From positions 30,001 to 62,000 of the forward strand of contig NZ_VMQO03000002.1 of assembly GCF_009805595.3 (NCBI RefSeq): a DNA stretch of 32,000 bases. The letters run 5' to 3'. The notes below the pieces were generated by a model. It worked only from the letters and a program-made list of their open reading frames with translations. It was not told the origin of the DNA and did no database searches. This document shows, one piece after another, positions 14,989 through 25,281 of the stretch. The first letter of the stretch is position 1. Every line of letters begins with the position of its first letter. The position numbers were made by a program, and so were the translations under genes. Origin of the DNA: Candidatus Tremblayella phenacoccinincola (GTDB taxonomy: Bacteria > Pseudomonadota > Gammaproteobacteria > Burkholderiales > Burkholderiaceae).

Positions 14989-15294
14989 CTACCAGCTCGA
15001 AAGTGAAAGACCGGGTATTTCACCGTTAAAAGCAAGCTCTCTAATACACATTCGAGCAAGCCCAAAACACCTGAATACGCCTCTTGCTCGACCTGTAACA
15101 ACACAACGGCTTCTTCTTCTTACATCGCTTGAGTCTCTTGGTAACTTATGGAGCTTTGTACGTATGCATTGCTTTTCGGATGTGCTCACTGTGGAGCACC
15201 TAAGTAGGTTTTTTAGCAAGTTACGATAAGCGAAATGTTTTACTCTCAGCGTAGCCCGTTTCTTTTCTCTTTCTATTACAGAAGCCTTAGCCAT
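14989..15294 (-). CDS. rpsN: 30S ribosomal protein S14 (long, 101-aa form)
   Basis: MAKASVIEREKKR, LPRDSSDVRRRSRCVVTGRARGVFRCFGLARMCIRELAFNGEIPGL and SSW match S14. Confidence 0.95.
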   Translation of the reverse strand: MAKASVIEREKKRATLRVKHFAYRNLLKNLLRCSTVSTSEKQCIRTKLHKLPRDSSDVRRRSRCVVTGRARGVFRCFGLARMCIRELAFNGEIPGLSLSSW

Positions 15295-15895
15295 GTTCGG
15301 TGTCCTTAAATGGAAAGTTAAAGAGGGTTAACAAGTGTTTTGCTCGTTCTTGGGATTTGGTATTCGTTACTATGCAGATGTTCATTCCGCTGTCTACGTT
15401 ACCTTCTGCATAATTGAATTCAGGGAAAACCATCTGATCTAATATACCTATGTTCAAGTTACCGAACGAATCGAAGGACTTAGTTGGTATTCCTCTAAAG
15501 TCTCTTAGTCTTGGTAATGAAATGTTAACTAGCTTATTTAAGAAGTCAAACATCCGTTCATTTCTGATAGTTACTTTTAGACCGACTGCGTCTCCTTGCT
15601 TAATCTTAAAGTTGGCAATTGCCTTAGAGGCCTTTGTAACTACAGGCTTTTGTCCTGAGATATTGGCTAAGCTCTCTGCTAGCTTTTCTATCTTTATTCT
15701 TTCAGAAATAGCTTTACCAAGCCCCACAGTTAAAACAACTTTAACTAACCTAGGCACTTCCATAAATGAGTTGGTTTTAAACCTCTTGGTCAATTCAGAA
15801 GTGGTTGAACCTAAGTAATGTGATAAATATCTGAAGTTGTAATTCATGTTCTTAGCGCTTAACTTCGATATGGTTTCTTGTTTTGGGTTTAGCAT
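15287..15895 (-). CDS. rplE: 50S ribosomal protein L5 (the start may be the internal ATG at about 15847)
   Basis: VPRLVKVVLTVGLG, ISGQKPVVTKASKAIANFKIKQGDAVGLKVTIRNERMFDFLNKL, LPRLRDFRGI, KSFDSFGNLNIG and FPE match L5. The ORF is about 16-23 aa longer at the N-terminus than E. coli L5. Its first ATG shares an A with the rplN stop (TAATG). Confidence 0.93.
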   Translation of the reverse strand: MLNPKQETISKLSAKNMNYNFRYLSHYLGSTTSELTKRFKTNSFMEVPRLVKVVLTVGLGKAISERIKIEKLAESLANISGQKPVVTKASKAIANFKIKQGDAVGLKVTIRNERMFDFLNKLVNISLPRLRDFRGIPTKSFDSFGNLNIGILDQMVFPEFNYAEGNVDSGMNICIVTNTKSQERAKHLLTLFNFPFKDTEHG

Positions 15896-16263
15896 TACAG
15901 AACCTCCTGTGCTAAAGAAATTACTTTAACAAAGCTCAAGTCTTTAAGTTCTCTTGCCACAGGCCCAAAGATTCTACTTCCGATAGGTTCATATTTGCAA
16001 TTCAACAAGACAACAGAATTATCATCAAACCTAATAATTGAACCATCAGCTCTATATAAACCCTTTTTCGTCCTAACAATCAGCGCACTATGGACTTCCC
16101 CTTTTTTAACCTTTCCCTTTGGAACTGCTTCTTTAATACTTACTTTTATTATACATCCGATGTTAGCGTATCTTCGCTTTGAACCTCCCAACACTTTAAT
16201 ACAGGCTACCGCTTTAGCTCCTGAGTTATCAGTAACGTTTAATATAGACTCTGTTTGTATCAT
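15895..16263 (-). CDS. rplN: 50S ribosomal protein L14
   Basis: 122 aa. [61 protein letters not shown] matches L14. Confidence 0.97.
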   Translation of the reverse strand: MIQTESILNVTDNSGAKAVACIKVLGGSKRRYANIGCIIKVSIKEAVPKGKVKKGEVHSALIVRTKKGLYRADGSIIRFDDNSVVLLNCKYEPIGSRIFGPVARELKDLSFVKVISLAQEVL

Positions 16264-16272
16264 ATTCTTGAA

Positions 16273-16509
16273 TCAGCTGTTAAAAGCAAACAACGCCGTC
16301 CATGACTTAGTTTTAGATATAGGCTTAACATTCACTATATGAACTATCTCTCCAACCTTAAACATATTGTTTTCGTCATGCACTTGAAGCCTTTTCTTTT
16401 TGGAAACATATTTATTGTACAGACTGTGTTTGTGTTTAGAGTTGACTGTCACGGTAATGGTTTTGTTACTCTTTCTTGAACTAACCACAGCTTTTATTGT
16501 ATGTGCCAT
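16273..16509 (-). CDS. rpsQ: 30S ribosomal protein S17
   Basis: 78 aa. KAVVSSRKSNKTITVTV, HSLYNKYVSKKKRLQVHDENN and PISKTKSW match S17. Confidence 0.92.
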   Translation of the reverse strand: MAHTIKAVVSSRKSNKTITVTVNSKHKHSLYNKYVSKKKRLQVHDENNMFKVGEIVHIVNVKPISKTKSWTALFAFNS

Positions 16510-16721
16510 GTTGTATTTCCTTTTAGTGTTAAACGACGTAATAAGTTGTTCAATAGGTTTAACCTAACATCCGAACTTCCAACTGTTTGAGCTTGCACCT
16601 GTTTAGTCTTAAATGCTTTGGTTCTGACTTTGGATGTTAACAGAAGACTCACTAGCTTATTGAGTTCTTGCTTCAACGTACGTACACAGTAGGAAAGAGT
16701 TCCAGAATAAACGCAGTTCAT
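16494..16721 (-). CDS. rpmC: 50S ribosomal protein L29 (diverged, N-terminally extended)
   Basis: 75-aa ORF exactly between rplP and rpsQ. It has only loose L29 resemblance (LKQELNKLVSLLL...R). The call rests mainly on the conserved operon position. It overlaps rpsQ by 16 bp. Confidence 0.72.
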   Translation of the reverse strand: MNCVYSGTLSYCVRTLKQELNKLVSLLLTSKVRTKAFKTKQVQAQTVGSSDVRLNLLNNLLRRLTLKGNTTWHIQ

Positions 16722-17129
16722 CTAAGCCCTACATACAAACATCGTCTTTAGGGGTAACTTAGCAGCGGCTAGTTTTAATGCTTTCCTGGCCGCAGTTGGT
16801 TCCGTACCGCATATTTCATACAATACTTTCCCGGGTTGTGCTACAAATACATAGTGTTCAGGATTACCTTTGCCATTGCCCATTCTAACTTCAGCTGGCT
16901 TTTTTGTAATTGGTTTATCAGGAAATACTCGGATTAATACTTTGCCACCTCTCTTCAGATGATGTGTAATAGACCGTCTTGCTGCTTCTATTTGTTTAGA
17001 AGTTATTCTACCTCTTGATACTGACTTCAAACCAAACTCACCAAATGAAACATTGTTTCCGCTTTGAGCTATACCTTTATTTCGACCCTTTTTGTCTTTA
17101 CGGAACTTTCTTTTCCTAGGCTGTAACAT
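16722..17129 (-). CDS. rplP: 50S ribosomal protein L16
   Basis: I place the start at the ATG at 17129 (cat at 17127-17129), giving [35 protein letters not shown]...[10 protein letters not shown]...[36 protein letters not shown], which is collinear with E. coli L16. The 30 extra codons in ORF 16722..17219 lie inside rpsC. Confidence 0.95.
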   Translation of the reverse strand: MLQPRKRKFRKDKKGRNKGIAQSGNNVSFGEFGLKSVSRGRITSKQIEAARRSITHHLKRGGKVLIRVFPDKPITKKPAEVRMGNGKGNPEHYVFVAQPGKVLYEICGTEPTAARKALKLAAAKLPLKTMFVCRA

Positions 17130-17763
17130 AAGACCAAACCTTAAGGTTACCCTTGTATATCCATACCTTAACACCAATAGTACCGTATGTTGTTTTGGCA
17201 TTGGACGTTGAATAATCAATATCAGCGTTCAGAGTCTGAAGTGGTATTTTACCTTCCTTATACCACTCTTTACGCGCTATTTCAGCACCACCTAGACGTC
17301 CAGCACACATTACTTTTATGCCTAGCGCACCTTGACGTATGGAACCACTAACAACTCGTTTAATGATTCGTTTAAATGATACTCTTTTTTCTAGCTGTTC
17401 TGCTATGCCTTCAGCAACTAGACTAGCATCAAGCTCTGGCTTTGATATTTCTTCTACTGATATATTTACTGGAACTTGCACCAGGTGTTTAACCTCGGAC
17501 TTTAAAGTATCGATATCCCCACCTTTCTTGCCAATGATAGTACCAGGCTTAGAGCTATGCACAATTATCTTTATGTTCTTAGGAAACCTTTCAATCATGA
17601 CCCTTCCTACAGATGTTCTCCTAAACTTATCTTTTAAGACCCGCCTTAACTTAATGTCCTCCTTTAGAAAAGATGGAAAAGTATAGCTATTCGCATACCA
17701 TCTGGAATACCAATTAAATCTAGCACACACCCTAAATATGTTAGGATTAACTTTTTGCCCCAT
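17116..17763 (-). CDS. rpsC: 30S ribosomal protein S3
   Basis: 215 aa. [68 protein letters not shown] matches S3. It overlaps rplP by 14 bp. Confidence 0.96.
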   Translation of the reverse strand: MGQKVNPNIFRVCARFNWYSRWYANSYTFPSFLKEDIKLRRVLKDKFRRTSVGRVMIERFPKNIKIIVHSSKPGTIIGKKGGDIDTLKSEVKHLVQVPVNISVEEISKPELDASLVAEGIAEQLEKRVSFKRIIKRVVSGSIRQGALGIKVMCAGRLGGAEIARKEWYKEGKIPLQTLNADIDYSTSNAKTTYGTIGVKVWIYKGNLKVWSYVTA

Positions 17764-17769
17764 ATATCA

Positions 17770-18108
17770 TCAGCTAATCTCAAAGATAATAGAAACATGG
17801 CAGCTTTGCTTTTCTAGGTAGTTTATCCTGCCTTTTGCCCTAGGCCATGGTTTTAACCTGGAAGAAGCCTTATCAACACTAATAGTTTTAATCTTCAGGT
17901 TTGTAACGTTGGTATTGTGGCTGTACTTTATGGCCTGAACTGCGGATTGAATCAGTCTCTTAAGTAAGCAGGCAGCTTTTCTCTTGTGAAAAGATAATAG
18001 CTCTGTGGTCTTGGAAGCTGGTACATTGTTGAATTCCCTACTTAATGACCTAACCTTTTGTGCTGACATTTGGATACACCTGTATATTACTTTTGTATTC
18101 ATGCTCAT
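17770..18108 (-). CDS. rplV: 50S ribosomal protein L22
   Basis: 112-aa ORF between rpsS and rpsC. SAQKVRSLSREF, LIQSAVQAI, ISVDKASSRLKPWPRAKGR and SCHVSII follow the L22 pattern (S.QK.RLVAD.IRG, V.EGP..KR..PRA.GRA....R.SHITVV). Confidence 0.88.
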   Translation of the reverse strand: MSMNTKVIYRCIQMSAQKVRSLSREFNNVPASKTTELLSFHKRKAACLLKRLIQSAVQAIKYSHNTNVTNLKIKTISVDKASSRLKPWPRAKGRINYLEKQSCHVSIIFEIS

Positions 18109-18147
18109 TTGTTTTATTGGGGTTGGAGTTAAAGAACATTGTTTCCG

Positions 18148-18450
18148 TTACTTTTTCAACCTATCATGTCTCTCCTTGTTCCTTGGTTGCTTTTCCTTAG
18201 AATGTCCGTGAAATGTTCGGGTTGGTGCAAACTCTCCTAACTTATGGCCAACCATTTCTTCAAGTATTTGAATAGGAATATGTAGCTTACCATTGTGGAC
18301 AAGAACAGTTAAACCAACGAATTCAGGAATAATCACAGACTGTCTAGACCAGGTCTTAACCCTTTCTTTTAACTTAAGCTTTAAGATTCGGTTAACTCTA
18401 TTTAGAAGCGAAGGTGAACAGAATGGACCCTTGGATATCGAACGAGTCAT
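18148..18450 (-). CDS. rpsS: 30S ribosomal protein S19
   Basis: RSISKGPF, VKTWSRQSVIIPEFVGLTVLVHNGKLHIPI and MVGHKLGEFAPTRTFHGH match S19. It has a short basic C-terminal extension. Confidence 0.95.
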   Translation of the reverse strand: MTRSISKGPFCSPSLLNRVNRILKLKLKERVKTWSRQSVIIPEFVGLTVLVHNGKLHIPIQILEEMVGHKLGEFAPTRTFHGHSKEKQPRNKERHDRLKK

Positions 18451-18451
18451 A

Positions 18452-19207
18452 TTACCTCCTTTTGTTTATGATAAGCTTGTCAGTTTGCTTGTTGTTTCTA
18501 GTTTTAAAACCTTTAGTTGGGGTACCCCAAGGACTTACAGGATGTCGTCCAGCGGTTGTTTTACCTTCACCTCCACCATGAGGATGATCAATTGGGTTCA
18601 TTGCTACACCACGAACTGTTGGTCTTATTCCCAACCATCTTCTCTTACCTGCTTTTTCAAGACTAGATAAGTTGTGTTTAATATTACCTACGATACCAAC
18701 AGTTGCTCGACACTCTTTGTTTATTAGCCTCACTTCTCCTGACTTTAACCTAATCTGTGTGTAATGGCTAGTGTTTGAAAGAATAGTCGCGTATGAGCCA
18801 GCAGACCTAGAAAGCTTTGCGCCATTAGCTGGAGTTAATTCGATACAATGCACGTTTGTTCCTGAATATATGAGACCGATTGGCAAGCTGTTACCAACCT
18901 GAACAGGTACACATCTACCAGATACAATGACGCTTCCAATGGCTAAGCTGTTTGGGGCAATGATGTAGCGCCTTTCTCCATCTGTATATAGAATTAGTGA
19001 TATGTTAGCGCTTCTATTAGGATCGTATTCAGTTTTTTCTACCTTCCCTAAAATGTAGTCTTTGTTTCTATAGAAGTCTATTGACCTATAGCTTCTTTTG
19101 TGACCACAGCCTCTGTGTCTAACTGTGATCGTGCCAATGTTATTACGTCCTGAACACTTGCTTTCCGTTCTTAGTAGTTTTGGGTAAGGAATATTCTTGA
19201 TCAGCAT
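18452..19207 (-). CDS. rplB: 50S ribosomal protein L2 (about 20 aa shorter at the N-terminus than E. coli L2)
   Basis: [53 protein letters not shown] and [24 protein letters not shown] match L2. Confidence 0.96.
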   Translation of the reverse strand: MLIKNIPYPKLLRTESKCSGRNNIGTITVRHRGCGHKRSYRSIDFYRNKDYILGKVEKTEYDPNRSANISLILYTDGERRYIIAPNSLAIGSVIVSGRCVPVQVGNSLPIGLIYSGTNVHCIELTPANGAKLSRSAGSYATILSNTSHYTQIRLKSGEVRLINKECRATVGIVGNIKHNLSSLEKAGKRRWLGIRPTVRGVAMNPIDHPHGGGEGKTTAGRHPVSPWGTPTKGFKTRNNKQTDKLIINKRR

Positions 19208-19500
19208 TCATAGTCTCTTGGTAAGAAGTTATATAAACGAATGTATGCTTTCTTCATTATCTTTTTCCTTAAGAGCTTTTGATGTGTGTTCTTGTTCTTA
19301 AGTCTCCGTTTGTGAGTTGGCACATTAAGCGAGTTGATACTGACTTTGAAATGTATTGGATCGAGTGCTAAATGTAGTGCTTCTTTAAGTTTATGGTTGG
19401 TTGCTTTTTTGCTAACATCAAGTACAAAGTAACTGCTGTTTAATTTATTCGTAAGCTTTCGGTTCTTTATTATTGTGTATTGGGTGGGAGTTTTCATCAA
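19201..19500 (-). CDS. rplW: 50S ribosomal protein L23 (diverged)
   Basis: 99-aa ORF between rplD and rplB. Only weak motifs are visible (KKAYIRL against E. coli KKAYVTL), so the call is largely by position. Confidence 0.78.
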   Translation of the reverse strand: MMKTPTQYTIIKNRKLTNKLNSSYFVLDVSKKATNHKLKEALHLALDPIHFKVSINSLNVPTHKRRLKNKNTHQKLLRKKIMKKAYIRLYNFLPRDYEC

Positions 19501-20129
19501 AGAGATTCCTGAAGCTTGAGGATGCCTTTTAGAGTGAAGAAGGCATTGTTGAACAGAAGCAGGTTGTATGGGTTAACTTCAGCATACGTCATAGTTGATA
19601 TTCCTCTGACATTCCGAAGGGCTAAAAACAACTCAACACACATTTCTGACTTTTCAACAACGACTAATGATGGAGTCTTTTGTAGATGTTTATTCGAGTT
19701 TAGGAATAGCCCAGCTTTAGTTGAAAGAGCTAGAACTTCATTTACAACGTAGAGCTTATCTTTTGTCACGAACTCAGAGAGTATGTATTGTAGCGCTTTC
19801 TTGTATACTTTCTTGTTAATCTTAACTGAATAGTTTTTATACAAGGAACTTGGAAAAGCTCTACCTCCACCTCTCCATATAGGACTAGAAGACATGCCTG
19901 CCCTCGCTCGTCCTGAACCTTTTTGGACCCAAGGCTTCCTGGTGCTGTGTTTCACACTGGCTCTGTTTTTCTGAACGCTTTGTGCTATCCTTGAGTTAGA
20001 GCGATAGGAGGTAACAACTTGGTGTATTAAAGGTTTGTTTGGCTTTAATAAAAATATAGAATCACTTAAGATTACAGAACCAGCATAGTTTAACCCACAA
20101 TCAAAGACTAATATATTTAACCTCATCAC
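19497..20129 (-). CDS. rplD: 50S ribosomal protein L4
   Basis: 210 aa. VVTSYRSNSR, STRKPWVQKGSGRARAGMSSSPIWRGGGRAFP matches L4. It has 4-bp overlaps with both neighbours. Confidence 0.93.
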   Translation of the reverse strand: MMRLNILVFDCGLNYAGSVILSDSIFLLKPNKPLIHQVVTSYRSNSRIAQSVQKNRASVKHSTRKPWVQKGSGRARAGMSSSPIWRGGGRAFPSSLYKNYSVKINKKVYKKALQYILSEFVTKDKLYVVNEVLALSTKAGLFLNSNKHLQKTPSLVVVEKSEMCVELFLALRNVRGISTMTYAEVNPYNLLLFNNAFFTLKGILKLQESL

Positions 20130-20749
20130 ACCAACCTCATTGAAAGCCTGCTGCCTTTGAAACCTGGAACGGCACCCTTCACTAGAACAAAACCTAGTGT
20201 TCTAGATACATAACAGATCTCTAAGTTTTTAACGGTAACTAAGTTTGTACCCAAATGACCTGGCATCTTTTTTCTTTTAAATACTTTACCTGGACTTTGG
20301 TTCATTCCTGTAGAACCAGGGACATTATGTGATTTAGAGTTTCCATGTGTTGCTCTACCAGAATTGAAGTTATATCGTTTAATTGTTCCAGCAAAGCCTT
20401 TTCCAATGCAGCGTCCTTTAACATTTATCTTTCTGCCAACGTACAAAGCTTTGCTCAGTGGGAAACCTTCATTGTTAAACAAGTCCTTACATAGCTCTTT
20501 GAGTGCTTTAGATACTTTTAAGGTATTTCCTAAACAACAGTTGTATTTTAGGTATTGTCCTAACTGAGCTCTATTCATTCTAGGCTTTGTTCTTTCAGAG
20601 AATATGAGGTGAACCTTCTGTTCAGTTGGGTTTCTCTGAGATAGAAAGTTACCTGAAGTGTTTAATATTGAAGCTGGAATTACTTCGCCGTCCTTTTTAT
20701 ATATACGGGTCATACCTAACTTAACGCAGGGTAAATACAGAGCTTCCAT
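20126..20749 (-). CDS. rplC: 50S ribosomal protein L3
   Basis: 207 aa. VKLGMTRIY, GKGFAGTIKRYNF and ATHGNSKSHNVPGSTGMNQSPGKVFKRKKMPGHLG match L3. Confidence 0.94.
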   Translation of the reverse strand: MEALYLPCVKLGMTRIYKKDGEVIPASILNTSGNFLSQRNPTEQKVHLIFSERTKPRMNRAQLGQYLKYNCCLGNTLKVSKALKELCKDLFNNEGFPLSKALYVGRKINVKGRCIGKGFAGTIKRYNFNSGRATHGNSKSHNVPGSTGMNQSPGKVFKRKKMPGHLGTNLVTVKNLEICYVSRTLGFVLVKGAVPGFKGSRLSMRLV

Positions 20750-20762
20750 AGGTTTGCCAAGG

Positions 20763-21083
20763 TTAAAGTTTAACGCTAATGTGTATTTCAGCTGGGATGA
20801 CCATTCTCATCAAAAACTCAACAGTGTTAATGGTTGGCTGTGTTATCAAAAGTAGTCTCTTGTGGGTTCGGATTTCTAGTTGGTCTCTTGCTTTTTTGTC
20901 GATATGCGGAGACCTAAGAACAGTAATCTTTTGTATTTTTCTAGGTAGTGGAATCGGACCGCTTAACTGTGAGCCAGTCTTTACGACCATATTAACAACT
21001 TGTTTTATATATTTACCTATAAGACTCCGATTAAATGATTTAACCTTTATTCTAATATTACTAGGAGTCGTTCCAATATTCAT
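20763..21083 (-). CDS. rpsJ: 30S ribosomal protein S10
   Basis: 106 aa. IRIKVKSFN, SGPIPLPRKIQKITVLRSPHIDKKARDQLEIRTHKRLL matches S10. It abuts the tuf stop with no gap. Confidence 0.95.
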   Translation of the reverse strand: MNIGTTPSNIRIKVKSFNRSLIGKYIKQVVNMVVKTGSQLSGPIPLPRKIQKITVLRSPHIDKKARDQLEIRTHKRLLLITQPTINTVEFLMRMVIPAEIHISVKL

Positions 21084-22274
21084 TTACTTTATGACTTTTG
21101 TGACTAAACCTGCCCCAATAGTCTTACCTCCTTCTCTAACTGCAAAACGTAGACCTTCTTCCATAGCAATAGGGGCAATAAGAGTAACGATTATGTGGAC
21201 GTTATCGCCTGGCATTACCATCTCAACTCCTTCTGGAAGCTCTATAGTTCCAGTGACATCAGTGGTCCGAAAGTAAAACTGAGGTTTGTAGTTGCTATAA
21301 AACGGTGTGTGTCTCCCCCCTTCTCCTTTATTTAAAATATACACTTCAGCTGAAAAGCTAATGTGGGGAGTTATTGTTCCTGGTTTAGATAACACCTGTC
21401 CTCGTTCTACATCTTCGCGTTTAACGCCTCTGAGTAAGATACCAACATTATCCCCTGCTTGGCCTAGGTCTAAAAGCTTTCGAAACATCTCAACTCCAGT
21501 ACAAATAGTTTTTATCGTGCTTCTTAGACCAACTATTTCTACTTCTTCTCCAGGTTTAACTGTGCCTCTTTCCACTCTACCAGTCACAACCGTGCCTCGA
21601 CCAGATATAGAAAATACATCTTCTACTGGCATTAGGAATGGTTTATCAATTGGTCTTTTAGGTTCTGGAATATAATTATCCAATGCTTCAGCAAGCTTCA
21701 GTATGGAACCTTCTCCTAATTCACCTTTGTCTCCATCCAAAGCTAACTTAGCAGAGCCTCTGATTATGGGAACTGATTCGCCTGGAAACCCGTATTTTGA
21801 CAATAACTCTCTAACTTCCATTTCCACTAATTCCAATAGCTCTTCATCAGTAACAGTATCACATTTGTTTAAATATACAATGATGTGAGGCACTCCTACT
21901 TGTCTAGCTAAAAGGACATGTTCTCTTGTTTGAGGCATAGGTCCATCAACAGCAGAACAGACAAGAACCGCTCCATCCATTTGTGCAGCTCCAGTGATCA
22001 TATTCTTTATATAATCCGCGTGGCCTGGACAGTCAACGTGCGCATAGTGTCTGTGTTTAGTTTCATATTCAATATGTGCTGTATTTATAGTAATTCCCCT
22101 GGCCCGCTCTTCAGGTGCTGCGTCTATATCTTCGTATCTCTTTACTTCTCCACCGAACTTGGAGGACAAAACGTTTGTTATTGCAGCTGTAAGTGTAGTC
22201 TTTCCATGATCTACGTGACCAATAGTACCAACGTTAATATGCACTTTCTTCCTTTCGAACTTTGGTTTAGCCAT
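21084..22274 (-). CDS. tuf: elongation factor Tu
   Basis: 396 aa and highly conserved ([22 protein letters not shown]). The segments [43 protein letters not shown] and [35 protein letters not shown] match the betaproteobacterial EF-Tu wording I remember rather than the E. coli one. Confidence 0.98.
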   Translation of the reverse strand: MAKPKFERKKVHINVGTIGHVDHGKTTLTAAITNVLSSKFGGEVKRYEDIDAAPEERARGITINTAHIEYETKHRHYAHVDCPGHADYIKNMITGAAQMDGAVLVCSAVDGPMPQTREHVLLARQVGVPHIIVYLNKCDTVTDEELLELVEMEVRELLSKYGFPGESVPIIRGSAKLALDGDKGELGEGSILKLAEALDNYIPEPKRPIDKPFLMPVEDVFSISGRGTVVTGRVERGTVKPGEEVEIVGLRSTIKTICTGVEMFRKLLDLGQAGDNVGILLRGVKREDVERGQVLSKPGTITPHISFSAEVYILNKGEGGRHTPFYSNYKPQFYFRTTDVTGTIELPEGVEMVMPGDNVHIIVTLIAPIAMEEGLRFAVREGGKTIGAGLVTKVIK

Positions 22275-22293
22275 GTTTTTTAAAAGTTAAGGT

Positions 22294-24408
22294 TTAATAA
22301 AGGGTTTTAAGTTTAAGCCTCTCAATCATATCTTCTTTCACTTCATTGTAACATTTAAACTTCATTGAATATGTTGCTCGTCCTTGGGACATTGATCTTA
22401 AGGAAGTCGAATAGCCAAACATTGAGGACAATGGAACTTCAGACTTAACTACTTTTATATTATAGCTGGTTTCACTAGCAGACTGAACTATTCCTCTTCG
22501 AGCCAATATGTCCCCTACAATATTTCCAAGGTATTCATCAGGAGTTTCGATATCTACCATCATTATTGGTTCTAGTAGAACTGGGTTACAACTAAGTAAA
22601 GCTTTTTTACAAGCAATGGCTCCTGCCAACCTAAATGCATGTTCACTTGAATCAACTTCATGGTAAGAACCAAACACAAGAGAAGCTTTTACGTCTATGA
22701 CTTGATAACCAGAAACGACTCCAGCTCTTAGTGTGTCTTGGATTCCTTTACTGACTGATGATATGTATTCTTTAGGTATAACTCCGCCTTTAATTTGATC
22801 TTGGAATTCATAGCCTTTGTTCTTATTCGGTTCGACAATGATTACCACATGTCCATACTGACCTCTACCTCCTGACTGCTTAATATATTTACCTTCGACT
22901 TTACCACTTTTGTTTTTAATTGTTTCTTTGTATGAGACTTGAGGTTTTCCTACTTTAACATTCAATCCAAACTCACGTTTCATACGTTCAACTAAAATCT
23001 CCAAGTGAAGTTCACCCATACCTGCTATTATTGTTTGACCTGACTCTTTCTCGGTATAGGCTTTGAAGGATGGATCTTCTAGTGTTAAGCGACTTAATGT
23101 GGTTCCTAGTTTCTCCTGGTCGCTTTTTGTGTTGGGTTCTATTGCTTGTGATATTACTGGTGTTGGAACAGCTATTTGCTCTAAGACTATAGGGTTGTTT
23201 ATATCACTGAGCGTGTCGCCAGTGGAAACAGACTTTAACCCAACTACAGCTGCAATATCACCAGGTCTAACCTCGCATATGTCTTCTCTGGAATTAGCAT
23301 GCATTTGAAGTATTCTACCGATTCTTTCTTTTTTGTTCTTGGAAGCGTTTAACACAGAATCTCCTGTCCTAACTCTACCAGAATACACTCTCACGAAAGC
23401 TAACAAACCAACAAAAGGATCAGACATTATTTTAAATACAATGGCTAAGAAGCCTTCATCATCTGATGCTGTCCTGCTAACCATTCTTTTACCAATAGTT
23501 GACTCTCCTGTAATTGGAGGAATCTCTAAAGGTGACGGTAAGAAATCAATAACTGCATCTAGTAGCATTTGGATTCCTTTGTTTTTAAAAGCACTTCCGC
23601 ATAACATTGGTTGAGACAACCCACTGATGGTTTGTTTTCTTAATAAGGATATAATATCTTCATTGTTTATGCTATTGCTGTGTGTATCACTATATAAATA
23701 CTTTTCTAAAAAGCTTTCATCGTATTCTGCTATTGATTCTATCAGTTTCTTACGCCACTCTTCAGCATTCATTCGAGACATTTCTGGTATTTCTTTGTAT
23801 TCGAACCTTACGCCTTTTGAAGCTTCATCCCAAACGACTGACTTCATTTGTATTAAGTCTATTAAGCCTATGAATTGACCTTCGCTGTACAATGGAAGTG
23901 AGATTGGAACTGGATTGGCATTTAGCTTTGATTTAAGCTGTTGGTATACGTTGTTAAAGCTTGCTCCCTGTCTATCCATCTTGTTAACAAAGCATATTCG
24001 AGGCACCTTATGTTTTACAGCTTGACGCCATACTGTCTCAGATTGAGGCTGAACTCCACCTACTCCACAATAAACCATACACACACCATCAAGCACTCGC
24101 ATTGAGCGTTCAACTTCGATAGTGAAATCTACGTGGCCTGGAGTATCAATGATGTTAATACGGTGCAGTTCTTTACAGTCTGTCATGCCAGACCAGAAAG
24201 TGGTAGTGGCCGCAGAGGTAATAGTTATGCCTCGCTCTTGCTCTTGTTCCATCCAGTCCATAGTGGCAGTGCCTTCGTGTACTTCTCCGAGCTTATGGTT
24301 AACACCTGTATAATATAAAATCCGTTCAGTAGTAGTGGTTTTACCAGCATCAATATGTGCGCTGATGCCTATATTTCTACAATGCGTGATTGGTGTATTT
24401 CTAGACAT
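22294..24408 (-). CDS. fusA: elongation factor G
   Basis: 704 aa. [76 protein letters not shown] and GELHLEI match EF-G. Confidence 0.98.
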   Translation of the reverse strand: MSRNTPITHCRNIGISAHIDAGKTTTTERILYYTGVNHKLGEVHEGTATMDWMEQEQERGITITSAATTTFWSGMTDCKELHRINIIDTPGHVDFTIEVERSMRVLDGVCMVYCGVGGVQPQSETVWRQAVKHKVPRICFVNKMDRQGASFNNVYQQLKSKLNANPVPISLPLYSEGQFIGLIDLIQMKSVVWDEASKGVRFEYKEIPEMSRMNAEEWRKKLIESIAEYDESFLEKYLYSDTHSNSINNEDIISLLRKQTISGLSQPMLCGSAFKNKGIQMLLDAVIDFLPSPLEIPPITGESTIGKRMVSRTASDDEGFLAIVFKIMSDPFVGLLAFVRVYSGRVRTGDSVLNASKNKKERIGRILQMHANSREDICEVRPGDIAAVVGLKSVSTGDTLSDINNPIVLEQIAVPTPVISQAIEPNTKSDQEKLGTTLSRLTLEDPSFKAYTEKESGQTIIAGMGELHLEILVERMKREFGLNVKVGKPQVSYKETIKNKSGKVEGKYIKQSGGRGQYGHVVIIVEPNKNKGYEFQDQIKGGVIPKEYISSVSKGIQDTLRAGVVSGYQVIDVKASLVFGSYHEVDSSEHAFRLAGAIACKKALLSCNPVLLEPIMMVDIETPDEYLGNIVGDILARRGIVQSASETSYNIKVVKSEVPLSSMFGYSTSLRSMSQGRATYSMKFKCYNEVKEDMIERLKLKTLY

Positions 24409-24417
24409 CTAATATAG

Positions 24418-24885
24418 CTAGGTCTTAAAATGACTGAAAGCCTTGTTGACTTCTGCTAACTTATGCATTTCATCTCGGTATTTTATAGCAGTACCTTTTT
24501 TGTTTAGCGCATCCATTAGTTCCTTGTATAGTTTTAAGCTCATTGTTTTTTCACTCCGAATGGTTGCTGCTGCCTTAATCCATCGTAAGGCTAAAGTTGT
24601 TCTTCTGGTGTGTTTGACTTCTACTGGAATACGATAGTTAGCCCCTCCAACTCTTTTACTTTTAACTTCAACTAATGGTTTAATGTTTTCTAAAGCTTGA
24701 AGAAAGAGCTCTAAAGACTTCTCCTGTCTAGGATGTAACATACTCAAGGTTGAATAAACTATGTTCTCTGCTTTCGGTTTCTTTCCAGACTTCATTATCA
24801 CGTTTATGAGTTTTGATATTTCTAAGCATCTATATTTAAAATCTGTGCAGGGTTGAGCTTTATAGGTTTTCTTTTTTCTAGGCAT
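24418..24885 (-). CDS. rpsG: 30S ribosomal protein S7
   Basis: 155 aa. GKKPKAENIVY, VEVKSKRVGGANYRIPVEV and RRTTLALRW match S7. Confidence 0.96.
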   Translation of the reverse strand: MPRKKKTYKAQPCTDFKYRCLEISKLINVIMKSGKKPKAENIVYSTLSMLHPRQEKSLELFLQALENIKPLVEVKSKRVGGANYRIPVEVKHTRRTTLALRWIKAAATIRSEKTMSLKLYKELMDALNKKGTAIKYRDEMHKLAEVNKAFSHFKT

Positions 24886-24901
24886 GTGGGTTTAGTTATG
24901 G

Positions 24902-25276
24902 TTAAGGATTATTCTTCTTTGTCCCATATTTAGAACGTGACCTTTTCCTATCTTTAACGCCCTTTGAATCTAAGTTTCCTCTAATTATATGATAACGAAC
25001 TCCTGGTAAATCTTTAACACGTCCACCTCTAATTAAAACCATTGAATGCTCTTGGAGATTATGTCCTTCTCCACCGATATAAGATATTACTTCAGGACCA
25101 TTAACAAGCTTTACTTTTGCGACCTTTCTTAAAGCAGAGTTTGGCTTTTTGGGCGTAGTGGTATACACTTTAGTACACACACCTCTTTTCTGTGGCGAAC
25201 CTTGTAATGCTGGACTTTTGCTTTTTTTCTTATACGAGCTTCTACCGTTTCTGACTAATTGGTTTATCGTTGGCAT
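24902..25276 (-). CDS. rpsL: 30S ribosomal protein S12
   Basis: 124 aa. [75 protein letters not shown] matches S12. Confidence 0.98.
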   Translation of the reverse strand: MPTINQLVRNGRSSYKKKSKSPALQGSPQKRGVCTKVYTTTPKKPNSALRKVAKVKLVNGPEVISYIGGEGHNLQEHSMVLIRGGRVKDLPGVRYHIIRGNLDSKGVKDRKRSRSKYGTKKNNP

Positions 25277-25281
25277 ATTCG

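Noticed and set aside
14829-15104. Same-strand alternative-frame ORFs: 14829..15104 across rpsH/rpsN, 12724..12927 inside rplO, 26184..26381 inside rpoC.
   Set aside because: They overlap well-supported ribosomal protein and polymerase genes in another frame, and their products have no recognisable features.
17130-17219. A 30-codon N-terminal extension of rplP in ORF 16722..17219.
   Set aside because: L16 homology starts exactly at [11 protein letters not shown] (ATG at 17129). The upstream codons lie within the 3' end of rpsC and do not resemble L16.
20779-21276. Long opposite-strand ORFs inside conserved genes. Examples: 20779..21276 (165 aa), 10831..11277 (148 aa), 10364..10756, 15450..15818, 15995..16342, 17339..17686, 18293..18670, 21307..21675, 21918..22283, 23333..23614, 31123..31434. 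In the left block: 144..374, 931..1263, 3483..3695, 3792..4151, 4767..5027.
   Set aside because: Each lies wholly antisense to a gene with unmistakable homology. They have hydrophobic or low-complexity composition, no motif I recognise, and no room for their own expression signals. They are the expected by-product of biased coding-strand composition, which makes stops rare on the complement.
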